Assembly (NCBI RefSeq): GCF_006345805.1
Contig: NC_042997.1
Coordinates: 39,060,001-39,124,000 of the forward strand
DNA length: 64,000 bases
Direction: 5' to 3'
Origin: Octopus sinensis
Lineage: Eukaryota
The notes below the pieces were generated by a model. That model ran no database searches. It had not been told where the DNA came from and saw only the letters and a program-made list of their open reading frames with translations. How positions within the stretch are numbered: position 1 is the stretch's first letter; every line of letters starts with the position of its first letter. Below, piece by piece: positions 41,447-53,469 of the stretch. The translations under genes were made by a program, and so were the position numbers.

Positions 41447-44133
41447 ATGTCAGAGCCACCAGTTAAGAAGCGATGTCATTCAACTGAAGAGGTTATAAGA
41501 GAGTTTCAAAAATACTGGACTGAAAAGTTTGGTATGGTTAAGAAAGACAATAAAACATTATGCATTTTCTGTTCCAAAACTGTTGTTTGTGGTGGAAGCA
41601 CTCCGTCGGTTACGACGATGAGGGTTCTGGTTGATCCGAATCAACGGAACAGCCTGCTCGTGAAATTAACGTGTAAGTGGCTGAGCACTCCACAGACACG
41701 TATACCCTTAACGTAGTTCTCGGGGATATTCAGCGTGACACAGATAGTGACAAGGCCGGCCGTTTGAAATACAGGTACAACCGAAACAGGAAGTAAGAGT
41801 GAGAGAAAGTTGTAGTGAAAGAGTACAGCAGGGATCACCACCATCCCTGCCGGAGCCTCGTGGAGCTTTAGGTGTTTTCGCTCAATAAACACTCACAACG
41901 CCCGGTCTGGGAATCGAAACCACTGGGCCATTGCGCCTCCTGTTGTTTGTAGAACTTCTGTAAAAAGATATTTTGAAAGTCTTCATCAGAGCAGAGCAAT
42001 AAAACTGAAGAGGAACAAAGAGAATTAATTTCTTGTGAATTCAGCAAAACCAAAAAAAAAGCATGCTGCTACATTTATAAGCTTTGTCTCGGGCAAGCCC
42101 AGTTCCAGCTCAGTTGTTGCTAGTTTAGAGGTTTCAAAAGTTATTGCCCAACATGGAAAGCCACTCAGCGATGGGGAGTATATTAAAGAAGATTGGCTAG
42201 AGTGTGCACCTTTCCTTTTTGACAATTTTTCAGAAAAGGAAAAGATTATTCAGCACATAAAAGAATTGTCTGTGAGTAGGAAAACAGTTAAGGATAGGAC
42301 ATTTAAGTTGGAGAAGAATACTTCTAAACAATTGACAAAAGATTTGTCTTCATGTAAGTTTTTTTTTTCTATTTTTATTAATGAAAGTACGGACGTTACA
42401 TCATCTGCTAGGTTAGCCATTTTTTTCTCGATTCTGTAAAGGTGATGAAATATGTGAAGAGATGGTTGCCCTTCTAACACAGCCTGGGCGTACTACCGGG
42501 GCTGAAATATATAAAGCAGCTGTGACAAATTGACATTTCAAAAGTAGTATCCATTACAACAGATGGTGCCCCTAGCATGACTGGTGAGAAGGCAGGATTT
42601 GTAAATCTGTTTGTAAAAGAGGTTAGTCAAACACTGGTAGAATTTCATTGCATCATTCATGAGGTTGCAAAAAGCTGGTCTGAAGGAACTTCAGGAAGTG
42701 ATGCAAACTGTTACCAAGGTTGTTAATTACATTTCTTGCTCGCGCTTTAAATAAGAGACAATTTCAAGTTTACTGAATGAGGTAGAATCTGTGTATAAAG
42801 GACTGAAAACGTACAACAATGTTCGCTGGCTTGGCCGAGGTTTGGTTCTGAAATGATTTGTTGAATGCTTAAATAAGAAGTTATTTTTGAATGACCAACA
42901 TGTTTCGTATTATGAATTGTCTGACAACATGTGGGTTTATAAACTGGGGTATTTTTGCAGATTTTTGTGAACATTTGAATGACTTGAATGTTAAATTACA
43001 GGGCTCTTGTAAGACACTTGATGTTATGTTTGGTTACATAAAGGCTTTTGAAATGAAACCAGAAATGTTTAAGAAGGATGTGGACAATGAGAGACTGAGA
43101 TACCAAACCTAAAGAAGCCCATCAATGATCTCTCAAGTAATGACAGAGTAGAGCGCTAACATCTTCAAAAGCTGTTTGTAAACATTATCGAGCCAACAGT
43201 TCAGCAGTTTTTTTACAAGGTTTGCTAAATACAGTAAAACTGGAAGAGACAGCAAAATTCATGAAGTTTTCAGATATGATCAAACTGGAAGAACTAAACT
43301 TACAAATGTTTTCATGGATAGAAATGGTTGATTTTGAAATGCAGATGATTGAATTTCAAAGTAGCTCAATTTGGAAGCAAAAATTTATTGACCTTAGAGT
43401 TGACTTAGAAAATATTGAAAGAAAAGCGATTAGAGACAGGAGTACCAGAGAGGAATGCGGAAAATGAATTATTAAGGACTCGAAATACCCTTCCAGAAAC
43501 TTTTACCAGTTTAAAAAACTTTGCAACAGCACTAATATCCGTGTTTTCATCAATATATGCTTGTGAATCCTTGTTCTCAGTGATGAACTTTACTAAGTTT
43601 TGTAACTGGAGTAACCTGACGGATGAAACTAGTAGTGCATGCATATCTCTAGAAGTGCATGCATATCTCTGATACAAAAACCCGATACAAAATCTCTGTC
43701 ATACATGTATAATACTGTATATACATGTAAAATACTGTATATACATGTATATCGAAAGGAGTCAGTAAATCTTCTGTCAAACTGATATTTTATCTAACTG
43801 GTGTTTTCTTTTGAAAGTAGCAAAGGTTGTCTGCAAGTTTTCTACCGGACTGATATTTAATCTGAAGTTTTCTTTTGAAAGAGGAAAAGGTTCATTATTG
43901 CTTAGATGTAACTGTGAAAGTGAATAAATACATTATTCGTCATTATATATTGTTTTACTACTCTATGGTGATTTTTTTTTATCATTTAATAAATGAGTTC
44001 TTAACATACACTTTCTTAAGAGATATCAGGTAGCTTATGTTCTAAAAAAAAATTGGTTGGCACGTGGAAGAATTTTGTGTCAGAGATTTTGCCAGTTTTT
44101 GGCACGCACTCTTAAAAAGATTGCCCACCCCTG
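41447..44133 (+). mobile_element. hAT transposon (Charlie/Buster/SPIN-like; BED finger plus DDE transposase pseudogene)
   Basis: BED-like W..KFG...LCIFC..., HGKPLSDGEYIKE, INESTDVTSSARLAIF, SITTDGAPSM, FHCIIH, FSSIYACESLFSVM. Right TIR TTGCCCACCCCTG ends at 44133; the left TIR was not found. Confidence 0.9.
41594..41940 (-). mobile_element. SINE family A inserted in the hAT BED finger, TSD TGTTGTTTGT
   Basis: Consensus match with a deletion in the tRNA head; TSD at 41581-41590 and 41941-41950. Confidence 0.92.
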
Positions 44134-44492
44134 GTTTAAGCCCTTAGTTTATCGAACTAAGTTAAACAGAAAGGATTTATAGGACTTATTGGAAAGCCTT
44201 GCGAAAAAAGAGATTTGTATGTATTCAGACACTTTGAAACACGATTCACAGTCCAGGTATAGCTTGAATTGAAAGGGCGGTAATAAAATTATAGACATTT
44301 ATAAATTATCAAAGGTCATAATATTTATTATAACAGAACGTGTCTTTTACATTAATACTTCCAGAAAGTGCACTCTTCTCAAAGAAGTATAGCACCCTAT
44401 CATAGTTTTTAGTAACTTTGAACTAAAGGTTGGGAATTGATGAATTCTGACATAGACGTTTATTTGGGGGAATTTTCAAACTTTCGTATATA

Positions 44493-44877
44493 TCTTTATA
44501 TATAAAAGTCAAGTTGTGTGTCTGTCTCCTACGATTTAGATTCCTAACTACTCCCACATTTTGCGGTGCAGTGTAACCAAAACCGGGTATCTTATAGTCG
44601 TGATTCATATCGAGCCCTTCTGGGTATTAGCGCGCGTCTACAATGAATCTACGATTTTAAAAAAAATTTACCATCATTTTTTTTCCATTTTAATGCCTTT
44701 TTTCGCTATTATATAAGGGAAGTAACTCTCTAAAAATGTCTACGATGAGTCAACGATTTTTAAAAAAATTTACCATCATTTTTTTTCCATTTTTAATGCA
44801 TTTTTTGCTATAACTCTCTAAAAATGCTTATAGTTATTTCCCTTACAAGCCCGAGCAACGCCGGGCGATACTGCTTG
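44493..44877 (+). mobile_element. Non-autonomous Helitron (family D)
   Basis: TC start, 3' hairpin, terminus CTTG (variant of CTAG). Confidence 0.88.
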
Positions 44878-45238
44878 TATTTTATAATTAAAAAACAAAT
44901 TATAAGGGTGGCTTTCTATCTTGCAGTAACTAACTGTTGCTTTGCAATTTATACTTACTATGACAGACCGGAGTGATTAGAAATAGCAGTCAAAATCACA
45001 AGCCTTATATTAAAAACGGAAGACGAAAAGCTTCCAGGATATTATTTGTAAGAGGAAAACAAGGCAAACGATGGGTGGACAGCAGAAGATGTGGATGTAT
45101 GTAATTACATCTAAGATTAAATAAAAATAACGGCAGCGGACATCATAGAATGCAGGTCCGATCCCTTCCTGGAAGGTGGTAGAAGGGATGTCAGGATATT
45201 AAGTCTGTTTTTAATTTGTTTATATCTCCCGGGTGGGA

Positions 45239-45428
45239 GATGGGCTGAATCCTGGAAGTACTGCTATACCAGGTCAACCCGTGGCAAAGGCGGAGCAAGC
45301 CCCTAACTCTTCGCCTCGTTCTAAAAATCAGTTTAATATCGATGGTCCCAAATAGGGACCGTATCAGATATTAAGCTGATAAGAACAGATACTACACTTT
45401 GATCTTAGCCAAAAGGCCGAGAAGCGAT
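45239..45428 (-). ncRNA. U2: U2 spliceosomal snRNA (full-length gene or variant/pseudogene)
   Basis: Minus strand begins ATCGCTTCTCGGCCTTTTGGCTAAGATCAAAGTGTAGTATCTGTTCTTATCAGCTTAATATCTGATA (conserved 5' end and branch-point recognition sequence). Stem IIb GGTCCC/GGGACC and stem IV CCTGG/CCAGG are present. Confidence 0.97.
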
Positions 45429-45464
45429 AATTTTTACCCTAGCTTAGAAATATTATACCTATTT

Positions 45465-45480
45465 CTATTTAGTATAGTGA
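45465..45480 (-). promoter_or_regulatory. Candidate snRNA proximal sequence element (PSE)
   Basis: TCACTATACTAAATAG at about -52 to -37 loosely resembles the metazoan PSE consensus. The cephalopod PSE is not known to me. Confidence 0.3.
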
Positions 45481-45678
45481 CTGATTTATACTTACACTTA
45501 TATAGCTGTATTTAATTAGTTCTTCCATAGTTTGTAATATCTTTTATTTTATTTCGTAGTAGTTGTTTTATTTAATCCTTTCAATCTGAGAATTTTAATA
45601 TTTCTATTTTTTTTTTAATGATATTATCCTAAGCGTAATCTGTAATTGTGTTGATTTGATAATAAACGTGAATGAAAA

Positions 45679-46090
45679 TTACGGGATAATTTCGGTTTGA
45701 ACGGCAGTTTTTTCTAGCGGTGTCATATGAAATTGTCACCCATAATTATGACCCTGGTATCGATCTTATTGCATTTCAATCTATTTTAGGGTTAGAGGTG
45801 GGGGGATATCTTTTTTTTCTTCAGAAATGTAAATAAACTCAGTCTGTTTCTTAAACGAGGGACATATTCATACGGCACAGAATGTTGTTTACCTCAATAG
45901 ACGTCAGTGATTGGTTGAAATTGCAGAAAAAAAACCAACAAATATCTTACAAACTATAGAATTTTCTCAATAAAGCCAAGAGAAAAAGATGTTTTATAAC
46001 ACATTCCACCAGTATAAGAAGTTTAAAATGTTTTAGTTACCTATAAATTATATTAAAAACTGCAGTTCAAACCGAAAATATCCAAAGTAT
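45679..46090. mobile_element. MITE-like element with imperfect TIRs
   Basis: GGATA(A/T)TTTCGGTTTGAAC(G/T)GCAGTTTTT inverted at both ends. Confidence 0.6.
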
Positions 46091-46228
46091 GAATTACGAC
46101 GGTCCGTAATGTTCACGTGACTATATCTCACCAGTAAAACATTTATTACTCTTTTACTAAATTAATTATTTTTTAGGTATCATAAATCTCGTAAGTCGTA
46201 TGGGAAACATTTTCTTGCTTTTCTGAAA

Positions 46229-46627
46229 TCTTTATATATAAAAGTGAAGTTGTGTGTCTGTCACCTACGATTTAGATTCTTAACTACTCCCACATTTTGC
46301 GGTGCAGTGTAACCAAAACCGGGTATCTTATAGTCGTGATTCATATCGAGCCCTTCTGGGTATTAGCGCGCGTCTACGATGAGTCTACGATTTTAAAAAA
46401 AATTTACCGTCATTTTTTTCCATTTTAATGCATTTTTTTCGCTATTATATAAGGGAAGTAACTCTCTAAAAATGTCTACGATGAGTCAACGATTTTAAAA
46501 AAAATTTACCATCATTTTTTTTCCATTTTTAATGCATATTTTTGCTATCTTTTGGCTATAACTCTCTAAAAATGCTTATATAGTTATTTCCCTTACAAGC
46601 CCGAGCAACGCCGGGCGATACTGCTAG
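46229..46627 (+). mobile_element. Non-autonomous Helitron (family D)
   Basis: TC...CTAG termini, A|T target. Confidence 0.9.
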
Positions 46628-46799
46628 TATAAATATAAAAGTGGAACAAAAGCGCAATAGAGGACAATAAAACGTTCGGATAGATAGACGATACAAAGGC
46701 GGACAAGGGAAACAACAGTTAGACGGACAGGCAAAAAAAGGTGGGTCATTCATGGCCTTCTTTCCTCGGTCAAGTACCAGAAGTCACGACCGTTTCAGA

Positions 46800-47075
46800 A
46801 AGTTTAGTTCGTCTGTCGTTGTCGACGACGACCAAGGACAGCACATGGGAGAGGAAGACGAGGCACAGTGTATTTGGCTGTGGTCAATCAGTCTAATGCG
46901 CGCTCAGAAGGCTCTGCCACAGGTCGGGCACTGATGGTCTGTTGGGAGTTGGCACTGGCAGTCTGAAGGCTCTGGACTTGTATTTTATTCGAGCCCTTGT
47001 AATCCTGTTCTGTTCGTGGGAAATGGCACCGCTGTTGTTGCGGCTTCGCCAGGAAGAGCGGTCTTGTGCTTGCAA
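46800..47075 (-). mobile_element. RTE-clade LINE 3' fragment with C2H2-like finger
   Basis: QDRSSWRS... and HQCPTCGRAF*ARIRLIDHSQIH; tail GGTCGTCGTCGACAACGAC. Confidence 0.72.
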
Positions 47076-47078
47076 TAC

Positions 47079-47083
47079 TCACG

Positions 47084-47137
<54 letters not shown>

Positions 47138-47623
47138 CACAAACACCACACACACACACACACACAAACACACAAACACACACACACATGCGCACACACA
47201 CGAACACACACACACACAAACACACACACACAAACACACGCGCACACACACAAACACACACACACAAACACACAAACACACACACACACACGCACACACA
47301 CACAAACACACACACGAACACACACACACACACACAAACCACACACACACCACACACACACACACACACGAACACACACACAACACACACACACACACAC
47401 ACACACACACCATTTTACTTAATTAACTTCTGCAAAAGTTTAACATAACTAATCAATGAGAAACATCATTATAGAAACGACTTCAGGAAAACAATTCCGA
47501 ATTAATGTCGGAATGCAATGCAAGATATCAATTATCAATATTCGTATAACAAAGGATAAAGTTTCTAGTTTTAATATTTCTTGTAATGCTAAACATATCG
47601 GTATATGTATGCGTGTGCCTACA

Positions 47624-47654
<31 letters not shown>

Positions 47655-48068
47655 TTGTGTATGTGTGTGTATGTGTGTGTGTGTATGTGTGTGTGTGTGC
47701 ACGCGTGTGTGTGTGTGTGCACGCGTGTGTGTGTGTTTGTGTGTGTGTCTATGCGTGAGTGTGTGTGTGTGTGTCTATGTGTGTGTGTGTATGTATGTGT
47801 GTTTGTGTGTGTGTTTTTGTGTGTGTGTCTATGTGCGTGTGTGTGTGTGTCTATGTGTGTGTGTGTGTGCGTGTGTGTGTTTGTGTGTGTGTTTGTGTGT
47901 TTGTGTGTTGTGTGTCTATGTGTGTGTGTTTGTGTGTTTGTGTGTGTGTCTATGCGTGAGTGTGTGTGTGTGTGTGTCTATGTGTGTGTGTGTATGTATG
48001 TGTGTTTGTGTGTGTGTGTTTGTGTGTGTGTCTATGTGCGTGTGTGTGTGTGTCTATGTGTGTGTGTG

Positions 48069-48103
<35 letters not shown>

Positions 48104-48179
48104 CTATGTGTGTGTGTTTGTGTGTTTGTGTGTGTGTCTATGTGTGTGTCTATGTGTGTGTGTGTGCGCGCGCGCGTGA
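47079..48179. repeat. Facing (CA)n and (TG)n degenerate microsatellite arrays
   Basis: CA array about 47091-47411, TG array about 47620-48165; explains the HT/VC-rich ORFs. Confidence 0.95.
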
Positions 48180-48203
48180 AAGAAAGTAAGATTGATGTGG
48201 CCG

Positions 48204-48420
48204 ATGTCAAACATCTGCAAGTCAGTTTATTTCTTTTGCTGTTACTCATTTTTTTCCCTGGACTGCAGCCATGCTGGAGCACTTCCTGTGAGTGTTTTAG
48301 AGGAACGAATCCACAACCGATACTTATTCTATTAGTCTCTTTTGCTAAACCGCTAACTTACGGGACGTAAACAAACCAGCACAAATTGTCAAGCGATAGT
48401 GATGGACAAAAACAAAGGCA
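48204..48420 (-). mobile_element. SINE family B, diverged 3' fragment
   Basis: GACTGCAGCCATGCTGGAGCAC and TACTTATTCTATT boxes. Confidence 0.7.
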
Positions 48421-48479
48421 CTCATACATAGATATGTATATACGTACATACATTCATGTATATATATACATATACATAC

Positions 48480-48512
<33 letters not shown>

Positions 48513-48784
48513 ATATAAAATATTATTTGAGACAAAACCACTATTTTGCAAAACAAACAAGGAAAGACTTAATCAATACATAAAATTTAATAAATAGTCA
48601 AAAAAACCGCCACTACAATCGTTTCTTGTCTTGATCGACAATCTTCAGGTGGACTTCCAATCTAAAAAATCAAAATTTTAAAATATAAAAATAATACTTT
48701 TAAATAATTAAAGTATAAATGAAAAAATATAAGTATATAATCCATATATAACCTATATATAATCCATATCGAAAATATAGACTA

Positions 48785-49820
48785 ATTACCACGAATTCCC
48801 TAAAAAAAAAACCATGATAAAACAAAACTCTTAAAAACATATAACGATAAAATCTCCCTTTGCTAAACTCTATAACAAACCTATAAAGTAAACCCCCTAA
48901 CCTAACATTCACACACAAATACACACACGTAAACCACAGACTCACGACTTATACACATACCTATACTAACTTATAAACCTCAATATACACCAAAACCCAC
49001 TCCCTCCCCACACAGACAAAATAACACATACATCCCAAAACCTAAATAACAAACCCATATACACATTCACACACAAAACACACACTCACACGCAAAACAC
49101 TCACACACAAAAGATACATATACTCCCTCACATATACGCCTATACATACTCACTAAATTCGACATATACAACAATACTTACACACCCACAAAAAACATTA
49201 TATACATTTATGAGCTTTAACTCACCTTAGCATCTCTAACAAACAACTTGCAGTAACCCAATCCCATTCTCTATGCCTACCTCACTACTACACTATTCCA
49301 TTCACATTCCAAGCAACGCTAGTCCACCACCCGGTTATTCACGTGGCAAAACGAACACCACTCAAAAATTATGATGAAACAATGTAAAAAAATAACCAAC
49401 ACCTAAAATAGACAAAATACCACGAATTACCTAAAAAAAACCATGATAAACCAAAACTCATAAAAGCATATAACGATAAAATCTCCCTTTGCTAAACCCT
49501 ATAACAAACTTATATAGCAATCCCCCTAACCTAAACATTCACACACAAAAAACCCACACGTAAACCACAGACCCAAGACTTATACACAAACCTATACTAA
49601 CTTATAAACCTCAAAATACACCAAAAACCACTCCCTCCCCACACAGACAAATTAATACATACATCCCAAATCCTAAATAACAAACCCAAATACACATTCA
49701 CACACAAACACGCACACACGCAAAACACACACACACAACAGATACATATGCTCCCTCACATATACGCATATACATACTCACTAAAACTCGATATATACAA
49801 CAATATTTACACCCACACTC
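48785..49820. repeat. About 400-bp G-depleted unit duplicated at about 630-bp spacing
   Basis: TACCACGAATT...ACCCACA at about 48788-49190 and 49418-49820, roughly 90% identical by eye. Confidence 0.9.
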
Positions 49821-49964
49821 ATACAGATAAATAAATTAATTATACAATTAAAAACTCACAACCAATCTCATATACATAAACACTCTTATGAAAACAACAA
49901 TAAATACATCGTAATTAACCAGAATATCAAAAATAACATTATGACATAAGGATAAATCAAATAC

Positions 49965-51608
49965 AATTAGTTCCATACTTGGAATGCATGAATTATTTGA
50001 CCTTGGATGCTTAGTTGAGTCTTCATTTTATTTTCTTATTAAAAATAAATAGTATTGCTTTTTATATATGATTCCCTTCTTTAAAAAGGTTTTGCAATGT
50101 CAACTTCCGAGCAACTATCAAACAATATTAATTCGTTGAAGGCAAAATTTTCCGTTTTCATTTGCGAAATCTCTCATTCTCTAAATTGGTGTTTTCATTT
50201 CAAGTTCAACTACAATAAATTACCGAAAGAAATATTTACTAAGCAAGTGAGATCTTTTATATATTGAAGTTTTCAAGAAAATTTACTTTCTGGACCTTCC
50301 TTTTATTATTGAGCAGAATTGCCCGGCGTTGCTCGGGGCTGAATTGCTTGAAAGTACTGTTAATGATTGCACTGAATTATGATGATTATTCAGGCAAATA
50401 TTGATATAAGCTTACGGTGGGAGATAAGGACTTAACGATCAAACGTGTGCCATTGCATTGTTTTGGAGGAACCAAATTTCTGATGAGTATTATAGGGGCA
50501 CCAAGTTTAAGTTTGAGAATGTGTGGTGGTAGTCCGGGGTGCTCAAAGGAATTAAGTACCTCTATTGGATAGTTGATGACGTCCTCTGGGTCAGGAGTTG
50601 TATCGATAGACTGATATACATAGACTTCCCCAGGAATGAGTTTTAGCATTTCATCATTAATATGGTGAACAGTTTTATTCCTCGGGGCCAGTATAGCCTT
50701 TTTGCCAATCCAATCCATATTCTGATAATTAGCTTGTAGATCTGGGAACACTGCATCTCTGAGATCAGAAGGCGTCTTAACAATGGTACAAATGGAATCG
50801 ATGGCAATATTACCATTTTCATCCCCTGGTATTTTGCCTTCGCCAAGTGCAAGGAGGGTGTGAGGAAATATAAGTGTGCGTGTTCGACTGACTACAAATA
50901 TATGGAGATGAACACAGCGCGCAAAAAGTAAATGAATAAAAAAACTCTTACGAAAATTAACGAAGTGTGCGAGTTCAAGCGAAAGAATGCCCATTTTTAG
51001 GGGTGGGGGGACGCCCCATGTTGAATCGCAAAATTCTGATGTGATATTTGTGTAATAACAAAATCAAACCTGGAGTGTGTGTATGTGAGCTTATGTTACT
51101 GAGACTTTGTGTGGGGGTGCAAGAGAGAGAGAGAGAAAGAGGAGAGAGAGAACATTGCAAACAATGAATGAAATAAACATGAAGTGAAAAAAATCGTAAA
51201 AAGAAAAGCTCGTTAAAAACTCTCTTGTACCGAATATTTAGATTTGTGAACTTGAAATATTCAATAATAAAAGGAAGGTCCAGAAAGTAAATTTTCTTGA
51301 AAACTTCAATATATAAAAGATCTCACTTGCTTAGTAAATATTTCTTTCGGTAATTTATTGTAGTTGAACTTGAAATGAAAACACCAATTTAGAGAATGAG
51401 AGATTTCGCAAATGAAAACGGAAAATTTTGCCTTCAACGAATTAATATTGTTTGATAGTTGCTCGGAAGTTGACATTGCAAAACCTTTTTAAAGAAGGGA
51501 ATCATATATAAAAAGCAATACTATTTATTTTTAATAAGAAAATAAAATGAAGACTCAACTAAGCATCCAAGGTCAAATAATTCATGCATTCCAAGTATGG
51601 AACTAATT
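49965..51608. repeat. 348-bp perfect inverted repeat (49965-50312 / 51261-51608)
   Basis: Arms have equal length; no mismatch found by eye. Confidence 0.95.
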
Positions 51609-51668
51609 CGCGCAGCCGTTTTTGCGTGAAAAGCGAATACACACACACACCGGTCTATTTTATATAAT
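50313..51668 (-). mobile_element. Internally deleted Helitron carrying a PIF1-like helicase fragment
   Basis: ORF 50386-50994 contains AILAPRN...IND...YQSID...NYPIEVLNS...GLPPH.LKLK.GAPIILIRNL.PPK.CNGTRL. 3' hairpin CCCGAGCAACGCCGGG at about 50322-50337; Helitron-like 5' end TATATAAAA...GTGTGT at about 51665. Confidence 0.9.
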
Positions 51669-51679
51669 ATATATATATA

Positions 51680-51970
51680 TATATATATATTTATGTATGT
51701 ATGTATGTATGTATGTATGTATGTATGTATGTATGTATGTATGTGTATATGTCTTTATGTTTGGGTTTGTCAAATACCATCGCTTCACAACTGGTGTTGG
51801 TGTGTTTACGTCCCCGTGACTTAGTAGTTTGGCAAAAGAGACCATTAGAATAAGCACTAGTCTTTAAATAATAAGTCCTGGTGTCGATTTCTTCGACGAA
51901 AATCCTTCAATGTGGTGCCCCAGCATCGCCGCAGTCAAATGATTGAAACAATTAAAAGATAAAAAAAAGA
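51680..51970 (+). mobile_element. SINE family B, diverged 3' half
   Basis: Recognisable boxes. Confidence 0.72.
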
Positions 51971-52046
51971 TAAAAGCTATACAGAAAAATAAATAAAATT
52001 GTTGTGGGAGATTTATAGGAGAGGGAGAGTATATAAATGACTTGCA

Positions 52047-52341
52047 ATGCTGAGCCAAAACACTTGAGCCAAAACACAGCCGAAACATTGAGCCGAAACA
52101 CTGAGCCGAAACACTGAGCCAAAACACTGAGCCAAAACACTGAGCCAAAACACTGAGCCGAAACACAATGCTGAGCCAAAACACTTGAGTCAAAACACTT
52201 GAGCCAAAACACTGAGCCAAAACACTGAGCCAAAATACTGAGCCGAAACACAATGCTGAGCCAAAACACTTGAGCCAAAACACTTGAGCCAAAACACCTG
52301 AGCCAAAACACTGAGCCGAAGCTCAATGCTGAGCCAAAACA
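52047..52341. repeat. 12-13 bp minisatellite (TGAGCC(A/G)AAACAC) with recurring variants
   Basis: About 22 units; explains ORFs 51864-52372. Confidence 0.95.
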
Positions 52342-53415
52342 AGTGACAAACACCATTTGAACGATTTATCACAAAGGAAACTGAAAATAAGTTTCTATAA
52401 TCGTTGCCTTTTCAAAAGTATGCGACATATAGCAACAATACAGTGTTATAACTCCTATTCAAATTAGAGTCAGTGGATAATACTCCACCTAGATTCCAGA
52501 CTTACTGCTATCTCTCAATATTTCCAACAACAACTGTCATAACAGTGTTCCAAGAGAAACCGCATAAATGAATGAATAGATAATGACATTCTGGATAATT
52601 GTATTCATTAAGACATATTCGTGGTTAAGTTATAACGTTTACGTAATTTCACTGTTTTTCTATATCGTCCATACCTTTCTGTCGACAATACTTAAATTAG
52701 CATCTTTCTTCTTGGGAAAAAAACTTTTAATAATTACGAGATATTTGCAGATCTCTTGCAATGAAATTTGTGTGAAATATTTGAACTAACTCATTTATTC
52801 ATGAAGTAGAATATAACTGCTTCTGATTATTTAATAATCATTATTTATTAATCATTATCGTTAATACAATGAGCAGAAAACTTCCTATAAATTTCGAATT
52901 TTCAGCATGCTTGCGATAATCGTAGCTTTATGTTATTATATACTACATTGCTTTCATATCTGTTGATGAGAGTGACATCTTTATATTTATAACAAAATTT
53001 CGTTTTTGTCCTGTTGTCATTTCTACAGTCAGTACTTAGAAATAGTCAATTAATCAACTGAATCAAAGAAACACTTGGAAAGACCTCAATAATTACGTCC
53101 TCATCTAAAAATGTGGTATAACTATGTTTCTATAATGTTAATACTACTGTACAGCTTATTCGTTACGAAATGCATATCGTTTTGTTGTTGTGTAGCTTAC
53201 AAAGTTAATGGCTTTAAATTTCTAAAGATCTAATGAACTATACGGATGGATAGAAAATAAAAGTTGGTGAATAACATGAAATTCCAAATGGACAAAAAGC
53301 TTTATATAAAGAAAACAGTATTCCGTTCTTGGTTAGATTTGGAATATTTTATAAAACGCTGTTACACAGAATGTGCGCGCGCACACACACACGATTACAC
53401 ACACACACAGACACA

Positions 53416-53469
<54 letters not shown>

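Noticed and set aside
45239-45428. Utopia/Keno-type retrotransposon insertion in U2
   Set aside because: The U2 is uninterrupted, and the RLE fragments in the window are not adjacent to U2 sequence.
46888-48370. Many long ORFs rich in VC/HT
   Set aside because: Translations of CA/TG microsatellites.
49820-49964. Hydrophobic minus-strand peptide resembling a mitochondrial ND subunit (code 5)
   Set aside because: No specific motif match, and G/T-rich DNA gives such peptides by composition alone. Kept only as part of the NUMT hypothesis.
50386-50994. Host PIF1 gene
   Set aside because: Partial domain inside Helitron termini; the N- and C-terminal residues of the ORF are non-homologous.
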